This document shows, piece after piece, positions 8,418-17,738 of a DNA stretch of 64,000 nucleotides. Under the pieces are notes generated by a model. That model saw only the letters and a program-made list of their open reading frames with translations. It searched no databases and was not told the DNA's origin. Origin of the DNA: an uncultured Planctomycetales bacterium (GTDB taxonomy: Bacteria > Omnitrophota > Gorgyraeia > Gygaellales > Profunditerraquicolaceae); the NCBI GenBank assembly GCA_964545575.1, contig CAZJFL010000008.1, positions 18,171-82,170 on the forward strand. The letters run 5' to 3'. Both the position numbers and the translations under genes were made by a program. The stretch's first letter is position 1, and each line of letters starts with the position of its first letter.

Positions 8418-9860
8418 TTAAGTATTTTTGATGAAGGTGCGCCGGAGGGATTCGCCGAGTTTACCGCGTTTTTTCTCCCTGACCAGCACGCTTTTAATCA
8501 GCGAGGGCGCCGCCAGAAACAGCGAGATGGCTTCTTTAAAGGTAAAGAACCTGGTAATAAAAATATTCTTCCAGAGAATCTTGGCGAATCTGGCAGGGGT
8601 ATAAAAAGAAAATTTTATCTTTTTACCTATTCTTTTCAAGGCATCGTAGCTATAGGTATCGGAATAAAGCTGCCCTTTATCGGTGATGTGATAACCGGGG
8701 GTCTTTTCGGCAAGTTCTCTTAAGGGCGAAAAACTCTCAATCCTTAACTTATTGCAGGCAATGGAATCGACTCCGATCTCCTTGGCAAACTGCGCAATAT
8801 AAAGCATTTCTGCTTCTGTCTCGCCGATATTCCCGTAGATAAAGTATCCGTTGTAGAAGATCGGGTATTTCTTAAGGACCGCAAAATATTTTCTTATCGT
8901 CTCCTGATTGAAACCTTTATTCAGCTGCGCCAGTATCCGGTCGTGGGGAGATTCTATCCCGATCAAGAGCGCCTTGAAGCCGACCTTGACCATTTTTTCA
9001 AGGAGCCTGGGGCTGCGGGCGATTTCAATACGCGCCTGAGCGATGAAACGCTTTTTTATTTTTCGTTTGATGAGCAAATCGCAGATTTTCTCCGCTCTTT
9101 CGGGCTCGACAAAGATGTTATCATCGCTGAAAATTATTACTCCGGCTTTCAGGCTTTGGATCTCGTCAACCACAGATTCAACACTACGCACGGAATATTC
9201 TCTTTTCTGGCCCAGGGGATTTATACTGAAAGTGCAAAATTTGCAGTTAAAAGGACAGCCCCGCGAGCTTAAAACCGAATCGAAGGTTATGTCTGCCACC
9301 TTTATGCCGTTTACCGCCAGCCTGTACTCGCTGTTTCTCAAGGTTCGGTCAGGTATTGCCAGGCCGTCTATGTCAGGAAATGGCCGGTTCGGGTTATGTA
9401 TTATCTTGCCGCCTTGCCGGTAAGAAATGCCCAGGATTTCTCCAAGGGCGACGCCCTTTAATATTTCCTGTATCGTTTCTTCGCCTTCGCCCCTGACGAT
9501 GATGTCTATTTTAGGGCAGAGCTTAAAAAGTTCCTCTACTTTTTCAGTGGCCTTATAGCCGCCTACGACTAAAGTTATCTCATCCGGCATACGGTTAAGC
9601 AATTGACAGATCTCCTCAAACTGCCGGTTCCAGCCGATGCTAACGCAGATAATATCGATCAAGCCGGATATAAAGCTTAGGAGTTTTTCCGGGTCCGAGA
9701 GGGGGGTTGTGCAGCGTAAATCCAAAAGGGTGATTTTGTCAACCAGGCCCTTGGCGCTTGTTGCCACATATTCAAGCCCGAGGGGTGGAAAGAGCATCAT
9801 CGTGTTTGTGGCCTGGCTCTCGATATAAGGATTCAGGAATAAAGCGTGTTTATATTTCAT
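8418..9860 (-). CDS. B12-binding domain radical SAM protein
   Basis: PPLGLEYVA, GEGE, SRGCPFNCKFC; likely ATG at 9860. Confidence 0.9.
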   Translation of the reverse strand: MKYKHALFLNPYIESQATNTMMLFPPLGLEYVATSAKGLVDKITLLDLRCTTPLSDPEKLLSFISGLIDIICVSIGWNRQFEEICQLLNRMPDEITLVVGGYKATEKVEELFKLCPKIDIIVRGEGEETIQEILKGVALGEILGISYRQGGKIIHNPNRPFPDIDGLAIPDRTLRNSEYRLAVNGIKVADITFDSVLSSRGCPFNCKFCTFSINPLGQKREYSVRSVESVVDEIQSLKAGVIIFSDDNIFVEPERAEKICDLLIKRKIKKRFIAQARIEIARSPRLLEKMVKVGFKALLIGIESPHDRILAQLNKGFNQETIRKYFAVLKKYPIFYNGYFIYGNIGETEAEMLYIAQFAKEIGVDSIACNKLRIESFSPLRELAEKTPGYHITDKGQLYSDTYSYDALKRIGKKIKFSFYTPARFAKILWKNIFITRFFTFKEAISLFLAAPSLIKSVLVREKKRGKLGESLRRTFIKNT

Positions 9861-10021
9861 ATTAGCCTTTTTTAATATCTTTCGCAAAACAATTTACTAT
9901 AGCATTAAAAAACAGAGGGCACAACAGGTATTAATATTTTATTTCGGTGGATTAAGGCCGAATTCTATGGTATACTTAACGCCAAATAAAGATTAGGGCA
10001 TTTTAGCGAGAGGGTTGATTT

Positions 10022-11104
10022 ATGAGCATCGAGTTTAAGAATTTAGATTTAGGTAATTTGAGAATAAGGCTGCCGCTCATCCAGGGCGGGATGGGGGTGC
10101 GGGTGTCAGCGTCATCTCTGGCTTCCGCAGTCTCTAATGAAGGCGGGCTGGGAGTGATTGCCTCGGTCGGCCTCGGAGAAGAGGGTGGCGATGAGCAGCG
10201 CGATTATAAGACGCGTTCGCGGGAAGCCTTCATCGAAATCATCCGGGATACGCGCAGGAAGACTCCAAATCCGTTCGGCGTAAATATCATGTGTGCCCTG
10301 ACTAATTACGATGACCTGGTGGATGCCGCCCAGCAGGAATTGGTGGATGTGATTATTTCCGGGGCAGGCCTGCCGCTAAGGCTGCCGTCTTTGATCAAGA
10401 ATGACCGGACCAAACTTGTTCCGATTGTCTCTTCTGCGCGGGCAACGCAGATTATTTGCACCGCCTGGAAAAGAAGGTACAATCGCCTGCCTGATGCCAT
10501 TGTGGTCGAAGGGCCGCTTGCCGGAGGGCACCTGGGTTATAGCATGGCTGAACTCGATGATAAAGAGCATGTTTTTCTGGATAAGATCTTAGGGGAGGTA
10601 TTGGCGGTTACGCGCAATTTCCAGCATGATAAATTGCGTATCCCGGTGATCGCCGCCGGAGGTATATTTGACGGTAAAGATATTGCCCGGGTTATGCGTT
10701 TAGGGGCAAGCGGGGTGCAGATGGCTACGCGTTTTGTCTGCACGCACGAGTGCGACGTATCCTTAAAATATAAAGAAGCATGTATGTCCGCCAAGCCGGA
10801 GGATATTGTGATTATCCAGAGCCCGGTGGGGATGCCGGGAAGGGTTATTCGTAACGAATTTGTAAAGAGGATTACTAATGGGGAACGCATAGATTTTGTT
10901 TGCGAATATCAATGTCTCTCCACCTGTGACACCAAGAAAGTTAACTATTGTATTGCCAAGGCGCTGCTTAATGCTTACCGGGGCGAGCTGGACAAGGGGT
11001 TTGCCATGTGCGGCAGCAATGCCTACCGGATCAAGAAGATCGTCTCGGTGAAAGAGCTGATCGCCGAGCTGGTCAGAGAGGCAGAGGATTGTTTAAACGG
11101 ATAG
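10022..11104 (+). CDS. Nitronate monooxygenase / FabK-like flavoenzyme
   Basis: PLIQGGMG, SGAGLP, EGPLAGGHLG, AAGGI..GVQMATRF, C-terminal Cys cluster. Confidence 0.85.
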   Translation: MSIEFKNLDLGNLRIRLPLIQGGMGVRVSASSLASAVSNEGGLGVIASVGLGEEGGDEQRDYKTRSREAFIEIIRDTRRKTPNPFGVNIMCALTNYDDLVDAAQQELVDVIISGAGLPLRLPSLIKNDRTKLVPIVSSARATQIICTAWKRRYNRLPDAIVVEGPLAGGHLGYSMAELDDKEHVFLDKILGEVLAVTRNFQHDKLRIPVIAAGGIFDGKDIARVMRLGASGVQMATRFVCTHECDVSLKYKEACMSAKPEDIVIIQSPVGMPGRVIRNEFVKRITNGERIDFVCEYQCLSTCDTKKVNYCIAKALLNAYRGELDKGFAMCGSNAYRIKKIVSVKELIAELVREAEDCLNG

Positions 11105-11113
11105 GGGGTAAAT

Positions 11114-11263
11114 ATCAAAAAAACAAAGACTTCGCATAAAGGCAGGCAATGTAAATTTCCGCATTGCAAGCATATCTTAAGTATCTATAATCATGATATA
11201 TATTGCCATCTTCACCTTGGTCTGCTTGTCGGCGGGCATAAAGGGAAGGCTCATAAATCGTGA
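11114..11263 (+). CDS. Unannotated ~49-aa putative Zn-binding protein (C-x4-C-x12-C-x2-H); start codon uncertain
   Basis: Open frame IKKTKTSHKGRQCKFPHCKHILSIYNHDIYCHLH..; stop overlaps the helicase start (GTGA); AGGGGG before ATC. Confidence 0.5.
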   Translation: MKKTKTSHKGRQCKFPHCKHILSIYNHDIYCHLHLGLLVGGHKGKAHKS

Positions 11264-12516
11264 CCCCGCACAGGACGGCGCATACAGGCAGCCTTTTGCA
11301 AAGTAACAGCCAACCCGAAAGAAGTTTCTACGGGTTGGGTATTGCCCCGAAGATCCTCGATATCCTGGCGCAGATAAAGTTTAAAGTGCCCACCCCGATT
11401 CAATTCAAAGCCATCCCTTTAGCGATTGAAGGTAAAGATGTCATTGGTATTGCCCAGACCGGAACCGGCAAGACGCACGCCTTTGCCATTCCGATGTGCC
11501 AGCGGCTGGCGCAGAAGAAGGGGGTTGGTCTGGTCCTGGCGCCTACGCGCGAATTAGCCATTCAGATTGACGAGGCCTTTCAGGAGATTGCCCGCTCATT
11601 CGGGATGAAGACCGCCTGCCTGATCGGCGGCGCCCCGATGCCGGGCCAGATTCAGGCGCTGCGTAAGGATCCCCGCATAGTAATCGCAACTCCCGGCAGG
11701 CTCATTGACCATATGGGCCAGTGGAATTTCCTGCCGGATAACGTAACCATGCTGGTGCTTGATGAAGCCGACCGCATGCTGGATATGGGGTTTGCCCCGC
11801 AGATCAGCAAAATCCTGCGCTTCCTGCCCAAAGATAGGCAGACCATGCTCTTTTCGGCAACTATCCCCAAAGAGATTATGGAGATTGCCGCCAAGTATAT
11901 GAAGTTGCCTGTTTCGGTTGAGATTGCGCCTTCAGGGACGACGGTAGAGCGCGTAACCCAGGAATTATTTATCGTAAAGCGCGAAGCCAAGTCGCGCCTC
12001 TTGAGTAAATTATTGGCGCAATATCACGGCTCAATACTTTTGTTTTCCCGCACCAAACATAACGCGCGTAAAATCACCATGTCAATCCGGGATATGGGTT
12101 ATAGCGCGGCGGAAATACACTCTAACCGTTCCCTCGGCCAGCGCCGCGAAGCCCTTGAAGGCTTTAAGTCAGGCAGGTACAAGGTGCTTGTTGCCACTGA
12201 TATCGCATCCCGGGGCATTGATGTGACCGGCATCGAGCTGGTCCTTAATTATGACCTTCCGGAAGATGCGGAAAATTATGTGCATCGCATCGGCCGCACA
12301 GCCAGGGCCGGCCAGCGGGGGCACGCGATTTCTTTTGCCACGCCAGACCAGAGCAGCGATGTCCGGGATATTGAAAAGCTTATCCGGTTAACGCTCCCCG
12401 TATCAAAACACCCCGAAATGCCTGCTGAAGAGTTTGCCAAGTTCGGGCAGGAGGCGCCGCGACGGGACTTTAAACGGCAGCCAAGCCAAAAGCGTTATAA
12501 ATTCCGCCGGCGTTAA
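11260..12516 (+). CDS. DEAD-box RNA helicase (RhlE-like)
   Basis: Q motif PTPIQ, AQTGTGKT, PTRELA, DEAD, SAT, HRIGRTAR. Confidence 0.95.
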   Translation: MTPHRTAHTGSLLQSNSQPERSFYGLGIAPKILDILAQIKFKVPTPIQFKAIPLAIEGKDVIGIAQTGTGKTHAFAIPMCQRLAQKKGVGLVLAPTRELAIQIDEAFQEIARSFGMKTACLIGGAPMPGQIQALRKDPRIVIATPGRLIDHMGQWNFLPDNVTMLVLDEADRMLDMGFAPQISKILRFLPKDRQTMLFSATIPKEIMEIAAKYMKLPVSVEIAPSGTTVERVTQELFIVKREAKSRLLSKLLAQYHGSILLFSRTKHNARKITMSIRDMGYSAAEIHSNRSLGQRREALEGFKSGRYKVLVATDIASRGIDVTGIELVLNYDLPEDAENYVHRIGRTARAGQRGHAISFATPDQSSDVRDIEKLIRLTLPVSKHPEMPAEEFAKFGQEAPRRDFKRQPSQKRYKFRRR

Positions 12517-12533
12517 TCCTTATAATTATCTCT

Positions 12534-13520
12534 ATGCCTAAACTGCGCTATGAACTTGATCCCCATAACAGATTAGTCGCAGGATTATTCGGCATGCGCC
12601 GGGTTCAAGAGGGGCAGTTTAGGATCGGTCCGCGTAACACCCTTACCTACGATATCAAGACTCCTGTCCCGGCAGGCATCAAAGCGCCGCATCAGCTAAA
12701 ATTAAAAGGGGAATGGTCGCTCGATCACGACCATCAATTGCGTTTTACCCTGGATAAATTACAGAGAAAGACCTTCGGAGACGAACTCACTATTCAGGGC
12801 GAGATCCTCGATGTCAAAAAGAACGCGCTGCTTTTTGCGGTGACGACCCGTAATCAAAAGGGGAACTTTTCTCTTTATACGCTGGAACTTTCCGGCGCCT
12901 GGCAGGCAGATGCTAAAAACCGGCTGACTTTCAAAGTGGCTAAGGGCGGAGATAACTTTGATACGTTGGTCTTTAGCGGCGCCTGGCAGATCGACAAGAA
13001 TTATCAGATCATTTACCGCTATACTAAAGCCAACCTCATACGTAAACATAAGCGCCTGCATATGCTTGCGTTTAAGGGATACTGGGATATTGCCGATAAG
13101 GCCCGGCTTTCTTACGTTATTGATAAAAGCAGCGATTCAGTGTTTAATTTTAAGACGAGTGCTAGCATCTTCAAAGGCAATTACGTTAAATACGAATTAG
13201 GGATAGGAGTTTCCGGCAGGAAGCATCCGGTGAGGCGCTTGATTACGCTTTTCGGCAGCTGGAAGATTAAAAAAGGTGTAGGTCTGGTTTTTGAAATCGA
13301 AGCGGATAAAAAGATCCGGGCGATTGTTTTGGGTGCCGAGGCGCGGCTAGGCGAGAAGAACACGGTAACATTACGCTTAAGGAATAATCTGAATCAGGAT
13401 ATCGCGGGAAAGCTTGAATTAGCGCGGGATGTTTTTCAAGGGGAAGGCCAGGCCTTCCTGCGCTTACTTAGAGAGCGTGGCCAATTGACTATTCAGGCCG
13501 GGGCGGGATGGAAGTGGTGA
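12534..13520 (+). CDS. Hypothetical basic beta-rich protein with internal G-x-W repeats
   Basis: Five L.(F/L).G.W units; no signal peptide. Confidence 0.65.
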   Translation: MPKLRYELDPHNRLVAGLFGMRRVQEGQFRIGPRNTLTYDIKTPVPAGIKAPHQLKLKGEWSLDHDHQLRFTLDKLQRKTFGDELTIQGEILDVKKNALLFAVTTRNQKGNFSLYTLELSGAWQADAKNRLTFKVAKGGDNFDTLVFSGAWQIDKNYQIIYRYTKANLIRKHKRLHMLAFKGYWDIADKARLSYVIDKSSDSVFNFKTSASIFKGNYVKYELGIGVSGRKHPVRRLITLFGSWKIKKGVGLVFEIEADKKIRAIVLGAEARLGEKNTVTLRLRNNLNQDIAGKLELARDVFQGEGQAFLRLLRERGQLTIQAGAGWKW

Positions 13521-13540
13521 GAGAGCGTTGAAGCGGGAAA

Positions 13541-14638
13541 ATGCAGATAAAATTATTCAGAAAAATCGCAGAGATACCGGAAAAAGACTGGCTAAGCGTA
13601 TTCCCTGAGGTTGCCGGGAGTTACCGTTTTTTTGCTGCCCTCGATAGGCTGGATTTCAGGCAATTCCGTTTTTATTATTTAATGGCCTATGAAAAGGATA
13701 CCCCCGTAGGCGCCGCTTCCTTATTCCTGATGGATTTTCAGCTGGATATGGGGGTGCGGGGGATACTGAAACGCTGCACCAGGTTCCTGAAAAAAATTTT
13801 CCCCCGGCTGCTAGGCGTCAAGACCCTTTTCTGCGGCTCGATTAGCGACAGGGGCAGGATAGGCATAAACGGCAATCCTGCGGAGGTCCTGGATGCGTTC
13901 GTCGCTGCTATGGAGGAATTGGCAAAAAAAGAAAAGGCCAAGGCAATAGTTTTTAAAGATTTTGACCCCTCTTACGATAGGCTGATGCAGCGGCTCCTGG
14001 AAAAGGGGTTCCTGCGTCAAAAAAGCCTGCCCTCGGCAGTAATGGATATTACCTTTAGTGATTTCGACGCCTACCTGAAGACGCTTAGCCCTGTTTCGCG
14101 CCAGGGCTTGCGGCGTAAGCTTAAAAAAATTTCCGGAAGCCCGCATTTTGACTTGGAGGTTACTAATTTGGTAAATAAAGAGGTTTCTAGAGAAATGCAC
14201 GGGCTTTATCTAGAGACGCTTAAGAAAGCCGAGATAGAGTTTGAAGAGTTGCCCCGGGATTATTTTGCGGTTATCTCAAGGGAAATGCCCGAGAGTAACA
14301 GATGTTTTCTCTGGAGGCTGGAAGGCCGGCTGATCGCCTTTGCGCAGTGCTTCGTTAGCGGGAGTTATTTCGTCGATTATTACCTTGGGTTTGATTATGC
14401 CTTCGCCCATCAATACAATCTTTATTATTTAAGGTTTAAGGCGCTTCTGGAATGGTGCATGAGTAACGGTATGCAGGCCTATGAAATGGGGCAGTCAAGC
14501 TACGAAATCAAGCGGCGCCTGGGATTTAAATTTTTACCGCTCTCTGTCTATGCCCGGCCCTGCAGCAAGCTTAGCCTGCCGTTGTTTAAGTTTTATCATC
14601 GCTTTCTTACCTTTGAGCGGTTTGAGCCGTTACCTTAA
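13541..14638 (+). CDS. GNAT/FemAB-like acyltransferase
   Basis: FDAYL..LS..R..LRR, YLGFDY..NLY, YEMGQSSYEIKRRLG. Confidence 0.75.
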   Translation: MQIKLFRKIAEIPEKDWLSVFPEVAGSYRFFAALDRLDFRQFRFYYLMAYEKDTPVGAASLFLMDFQLDMGVRGILKRCTRFLKKIFPRLLGVKTLFCGSISDRGRIGINGNPAEVLDAFVAAMEELAKKEKAKAIVFKDFDPSYDRLMQRLLEKGFLRQKSLPSAVMDITFSDFDAYLKTLSPVSRQGLRRKLKKISGSPHFDLEVTNLVNKEVSREMHGLYLETLKKAEIEFEELPRDYFAVISREMPESNRCFLWRLEGRLIAFAQCFVSGSYFVDYYLGFDYAFAHQYNLYYLRFKALLEWCMSNGMQAYEMGQSSYEIKRRLGFKFLPLSVYARPCSKLSLPLFKFYHRFLTFERFEPLP

Positions 14639-14768
14639 GCTGGCCTGGCGGGAATTCCAGGCACAAAATCGCTTGGGATTTTTGTTTTAGAGAGATATAA
14701 TATTTCCATACGGGGGTAAAATAAATCTGACCCCATTTATCCGGGCCTAGCGACGTAGAGGAGAATTC

Positions 14769-15311
14769 ATGAGGAAAATTACATTAGCGCTGCTGATAAG
14801 TTTTTTTATTAACTGTGCCTGTGCAGGAGAGCCGCCGATGAATAACCAGACCGTAGTTTTAGAAACAAATCAGGGAGTAATAGAGGTAAAACTTTTTGAT
14901 GATATCGCGCCGAAGGCCTGCGAGAATTTTACCGCCCTGGTAAAAAAAGGATATTATAACGGAACAATATTCCACCGGGTAATCAAGAACTTTATGCTTC
15001 AGGGGGGCGACCCCACCGGAACCGGCAGGGACGGGGAATCCATCTGGGGTAAGACTTTTGCCGATGAAGTAAATCCGCAGGTACAGTTTGACCGGCCCGG
15101 GCTGCTGGCAATGGCAAATGCCGGCCCGAACACAAACGGCAGCCAGTTTTTTATCACTACTGCTAAGACGCCCTGGCTGAATATGAAGCACACCATTTTT
15201 GGGGAAGTAGCTTCTGGTTATGACGTGGTAGAAAAAATAGAAAATACCGCCACCGGTTATGGCGACAAGCCCATATCCGACCAGAAGATCATCAAGGCAT
15301 ACCTAAAATAA
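14769..15311 (+). CDS. Cyclophilin-type peptidyl-prolyl isomerase with signal peptide
   Basis: [32 protein letters not shown]. Confidence 0.95.
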   Translation: MRKITLALLISFFINCACAGEPPMNNQTVVLETNQGVIEVKLFDDIAPKACENFTALVKKGYYNGTIFHRVIKNFMLQGGDPTGTGRDGESIWGKTFADEVNPQVQFDRPGLLAMANAGPNTNGSQFFITTAKTPWLNMKHTIFGEVASGYDVVEKIENTATGYGDKPISDQKIIKAYLK

Positions 15312-15315
15312 TCCC

Positions 15316-17256
15316 GTGATCGCAATATCTAACCTTTCCAAGAACTACGGCAGGAAAGTCCTTTTTCAGGATATTTCTCTTGGCATTAATGCCGGAGAAA
15401 AAATAGGGTTGCTTGGGCCTAATGGTTCAGGCAAAAGCACGCTTTTTGCCATGATCCTGGGCGAGACCGAGCCGTCTGCGGGAGAAATCCGGGTGAATAA
15501 AAATACCCGTATCGGATACCTGCCTCAGGAGGCCAGTTTTCATTCCGAGCATACTGTTTTGGGAGAACTTTTAGAAGGGGACGCCGAGATCAACTCTTTA
15601 AATAAGGAAAAAGAGGAACTGGAGAGGACGAACCGGGCCGATGCCAGGCGTTACGGAGAAATCTTAGAGCGCCTCGAGGGTTTAGGGTATTTCCATCTGG
15701 AGTATAAGGCAAAGAAGATTCTTGCGGGCCTGGAATTCAAGGAAAATGATTTCAGCCGCCCCATAAAGGAACTTAGCGGCGGATGGCAGATGCGCGTGCT
15801 TTTGGCAAAATTACTTACCTGTCATTATGATATTTTACTGCTTGACGAGCCTACCAATTATCTGGATTTGAATGCCGCGATATGGCTGAAAGATTATTTG
15901 ACCGGCTTTAAGGGGACGTTTATTATGATTTCCCATGACAAGGCATTTTTAAATGAGGTGACTAATTACACCCTGATTTTAGAGAACGGCTCAATCTTTA
16001 AAGTCAAAGGCAACTACGAACATTACGAGCAAATAAAAGAAGAAAGGCGCAAGTTTTTAGTCAAGCAGTTTAAAGAGCAGGAGAAAAAGAGGGAGCAGCT
16101 GGAGAGGTTTGTCTCGCGTTTTCACGCCCAGCCGAATAAAGCGGCGGCAGTGCGCGCCAAAAGGACGGCCCTGGAAAGATTGGAAAAAGAGGCGGTCGAG
16201 CTTCCCCCTGACCCGCGGGAGAGCATCAAAGATTTTCATTTTCCCGGCACCAGAACCAGCGGGCATAAAGTAATTAGCTTAGAAGGCATCTCTAAATCCT
16301 ACGGTGAAATCAAGGTCTATCAGGATTTTGATTTCCAAGTTGATAAAGGAGATAAGGCGGTTTTAGCCGGAGAAAACGGAGCCGGTAAATCCACCCTGCT
16401 TAAAATCATGGCCGGGGTGATTGATATTGATCAAGGCATCCGCATTGTCGGGCACAATGTGGATATAGGTTATTTCTCGCAGACGCGGCTGGATGTTTTG
16501 AGCCCCGAGAATTCGGTTTTACAGGAAGCCTATTCTGCCGCGCCCGGATATATGTCGGAGACTGCGGTGCGCACCATATTAGGAGCTTTTTTATTTACCG
16601 GCGACGATTCCGATAAAAAAGTAAAAGTCCTCTCCGGCGGCGAAAAAAGCCGCCTGATTTTGGCAAAACTCCTGATTGACCCGCCGAATTTCCTGCTTCT
16701 CGATGAGCCGACCACGCATCTGGATGTGGATGCGGTAGATGCCCTGATCCGGACCCTGCATCAATATCAGGGCACGATCGTCTTTATCAGCCACGATATC
16801 CATTTTGTACGTTGCGTGGCCAATGTTGTTTTCGAGGTGAATGCCGGCAGGGTAAGAAAGATTTCCGGAAACTTTGATTATTATCTGGAGAAGAAGGCAG
16901 GAGGCGAGCTGGATGGCGCAATACAGACCCCAGCGCGTAAGAAAGCAACGGCAGCTTCCCGCAAAGAAGATTTAGAGAAGCTGCGCCTGAAAGATGAGGA
17001 AAAGAAGCGCAAAGAAGAAGAGAAAAAGCGTAAAGCTTATAATGTCGCTATCAGAGAAAAGATCACCAAGCTAGAGAAGAAAAAAGAAAGCCTCACGCTA
17101 GAGATGTATGCCAAGTCGCGCGCCCTTTCTGACCCGCGTATTTACCGCCGCGATGACGATACGGCCAAAGAATACGGCAGGCGGATCAAGGATATCGAGA
17201 AGCTGATCGCCGGGATTGATGAGGAGATAAAGAAGTTGGAATTAGATATGCTATAA
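15316..17256 (+). CDS. ABC-F family ATPase
   Basis: Two ABC domains (GPNGSGKS/LSGGW/LLLDEPT; GENGAGKS/LSGGE/LLLDEPT), no TM, C-terminal coiled coil. Confidence 0.9.
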   Translation: MIAISNLSKNYGRKVLFQDISLGINAGEKIGLLGPNGSGKSTLFAMILGETEPSAGEIRVNKNTRIGYLPQEASFHSEHTVLGELLEGDAEINSLNKEKEELERTNRADARRYGEILERLEGLGYFHLEYKAKKILAGLEFKENDFSRPIKELSGGWQMRVLLAKLLTCHYDILLLDEPTNYLDLNAAIWLKDYLTGFKGTFIMISHDKAFLNEVTNYTLILENGSIFKVKGNYEHYEQIKEERRKFLVKQFKEQEKKREQLERFVSRFHAQPNKAAAVRAKRTALERLEKEAVELPPDPRESIKDFHFPGTRTSGHKVISLEGISKSYGEIKVYQDFDFQVDKGDKAVLAGENGAGKSTLLKIMAGVIDIDQGIRIVGHNVDIGYFSQTRLDVLSPENSVLQEAYSAAPGYMSETAVRTILGAFLFTGDDSDKKVKVLSGGEKSRLILAKLLIDPPNFLLLDEPTTHLDVDAVDALIRTLHQYQGTIVFISHDIHFVRCVANVVFEVNAGRVRKISGNFDYYLEKKAGGELDGAIQTPARKKATAASRKEDLEKLRLKDEEKKRKEEEKKRKAYNVAIREKITKLEKKKESLTLEMYAKSRALSDPRIYRRDDDTAKEYGRRIKDIEKLIAGIDEEIKKLELDML

Positions 17257-17262
17257 TAATAG

Positions 17263-17290
17263 TTGACAAATCCGTAAAATAGTGTATACT
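17263..17290 (+). promoter_or_regulatory. Sigma70 promoter for csp
   Basis: TTGACA-16 nt-TATACT. Confidence 0.65.
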
Positions 17291-17432
17291 TATTAATGAA
17301 ATAGAGGTAAATAAGGGAGTGGAAATTCTGGAACCGTAAGGTGTAAGATTTAACTCGCCTTGCGGTTTTTTTACAGGTTCTGCCATTATTTACTATCTAG
17401 TAAAAATTTCAAAAGGAAGGAGGTAGTAAGTA

Positions 17433-17633
17433 ATGGCAAAAGGTAAAGTAAAGTGGTTCTCGAACCAAAAAGGTTATGGGTTCATTACCCCTGAAGACGG
17501 CAAAGATGTATTCGTGCATCATACCGCGATTCAGGGCGAAGGCTATAAGTCCTTAGAGGAAGGCCAGGAAGTTGAGTTTGAAATCGAACAAGGCCCTAAG
17601 GGCGAACAGGCTACGAAAGTAGTAAAACTCTAA
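17433..17633 (+). CDS. cspA: Cold-shock protein
   Basis: KGKVKWF, KGYGFI, DVFVHH; AAGGAGGT RBS. Confidence 0.95.
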   Translation: MAKGKVKWFSNQKGYGFITPEDGKDVFVHHTAIQGEGYKSLEEGQEVEFEIEQGPKGEQATKVVKL

Positions 17634-17655
17634 CTATCTTACAGAACGCGACAAG

Positions 17656-17690
17656 AGGCCCGGTTAATTTCAACCGGGCCTTTTTCTTTC
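17656..17690 (+). terminator. Intrinsic terminator after csp
   Basis: AGGCCCGGTT/AACCGGGCCT stem plus T tract. Confidence 0.85.
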
Positions 17691-17701
17691 TATGTTAATC
17701 C

Positions 17702-17730
17702 TTGCAATAAATCAACTTAAATAGTATACT
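17702..17730 (+). promoter_or_regulatory. Sigma70 promoter giving a near-leaderless EF-G fusion transcript
   Basis: TTGCAA-17 nt-TATACT, 8 nt before ATG; no SD sequence. Confidence 0.55.
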
Positions 17731-17738
17731 TTTATTTA

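Noticed and set aside
14713-14734. GGGGT..ACCCC short inverted repeat, possibly another REP type
   Set aside because: Single copy with a 5-bp stem; not supportable.
17297-17400. 6S RNA
   Set aside because: Too short, and positioned as the leader of csp.
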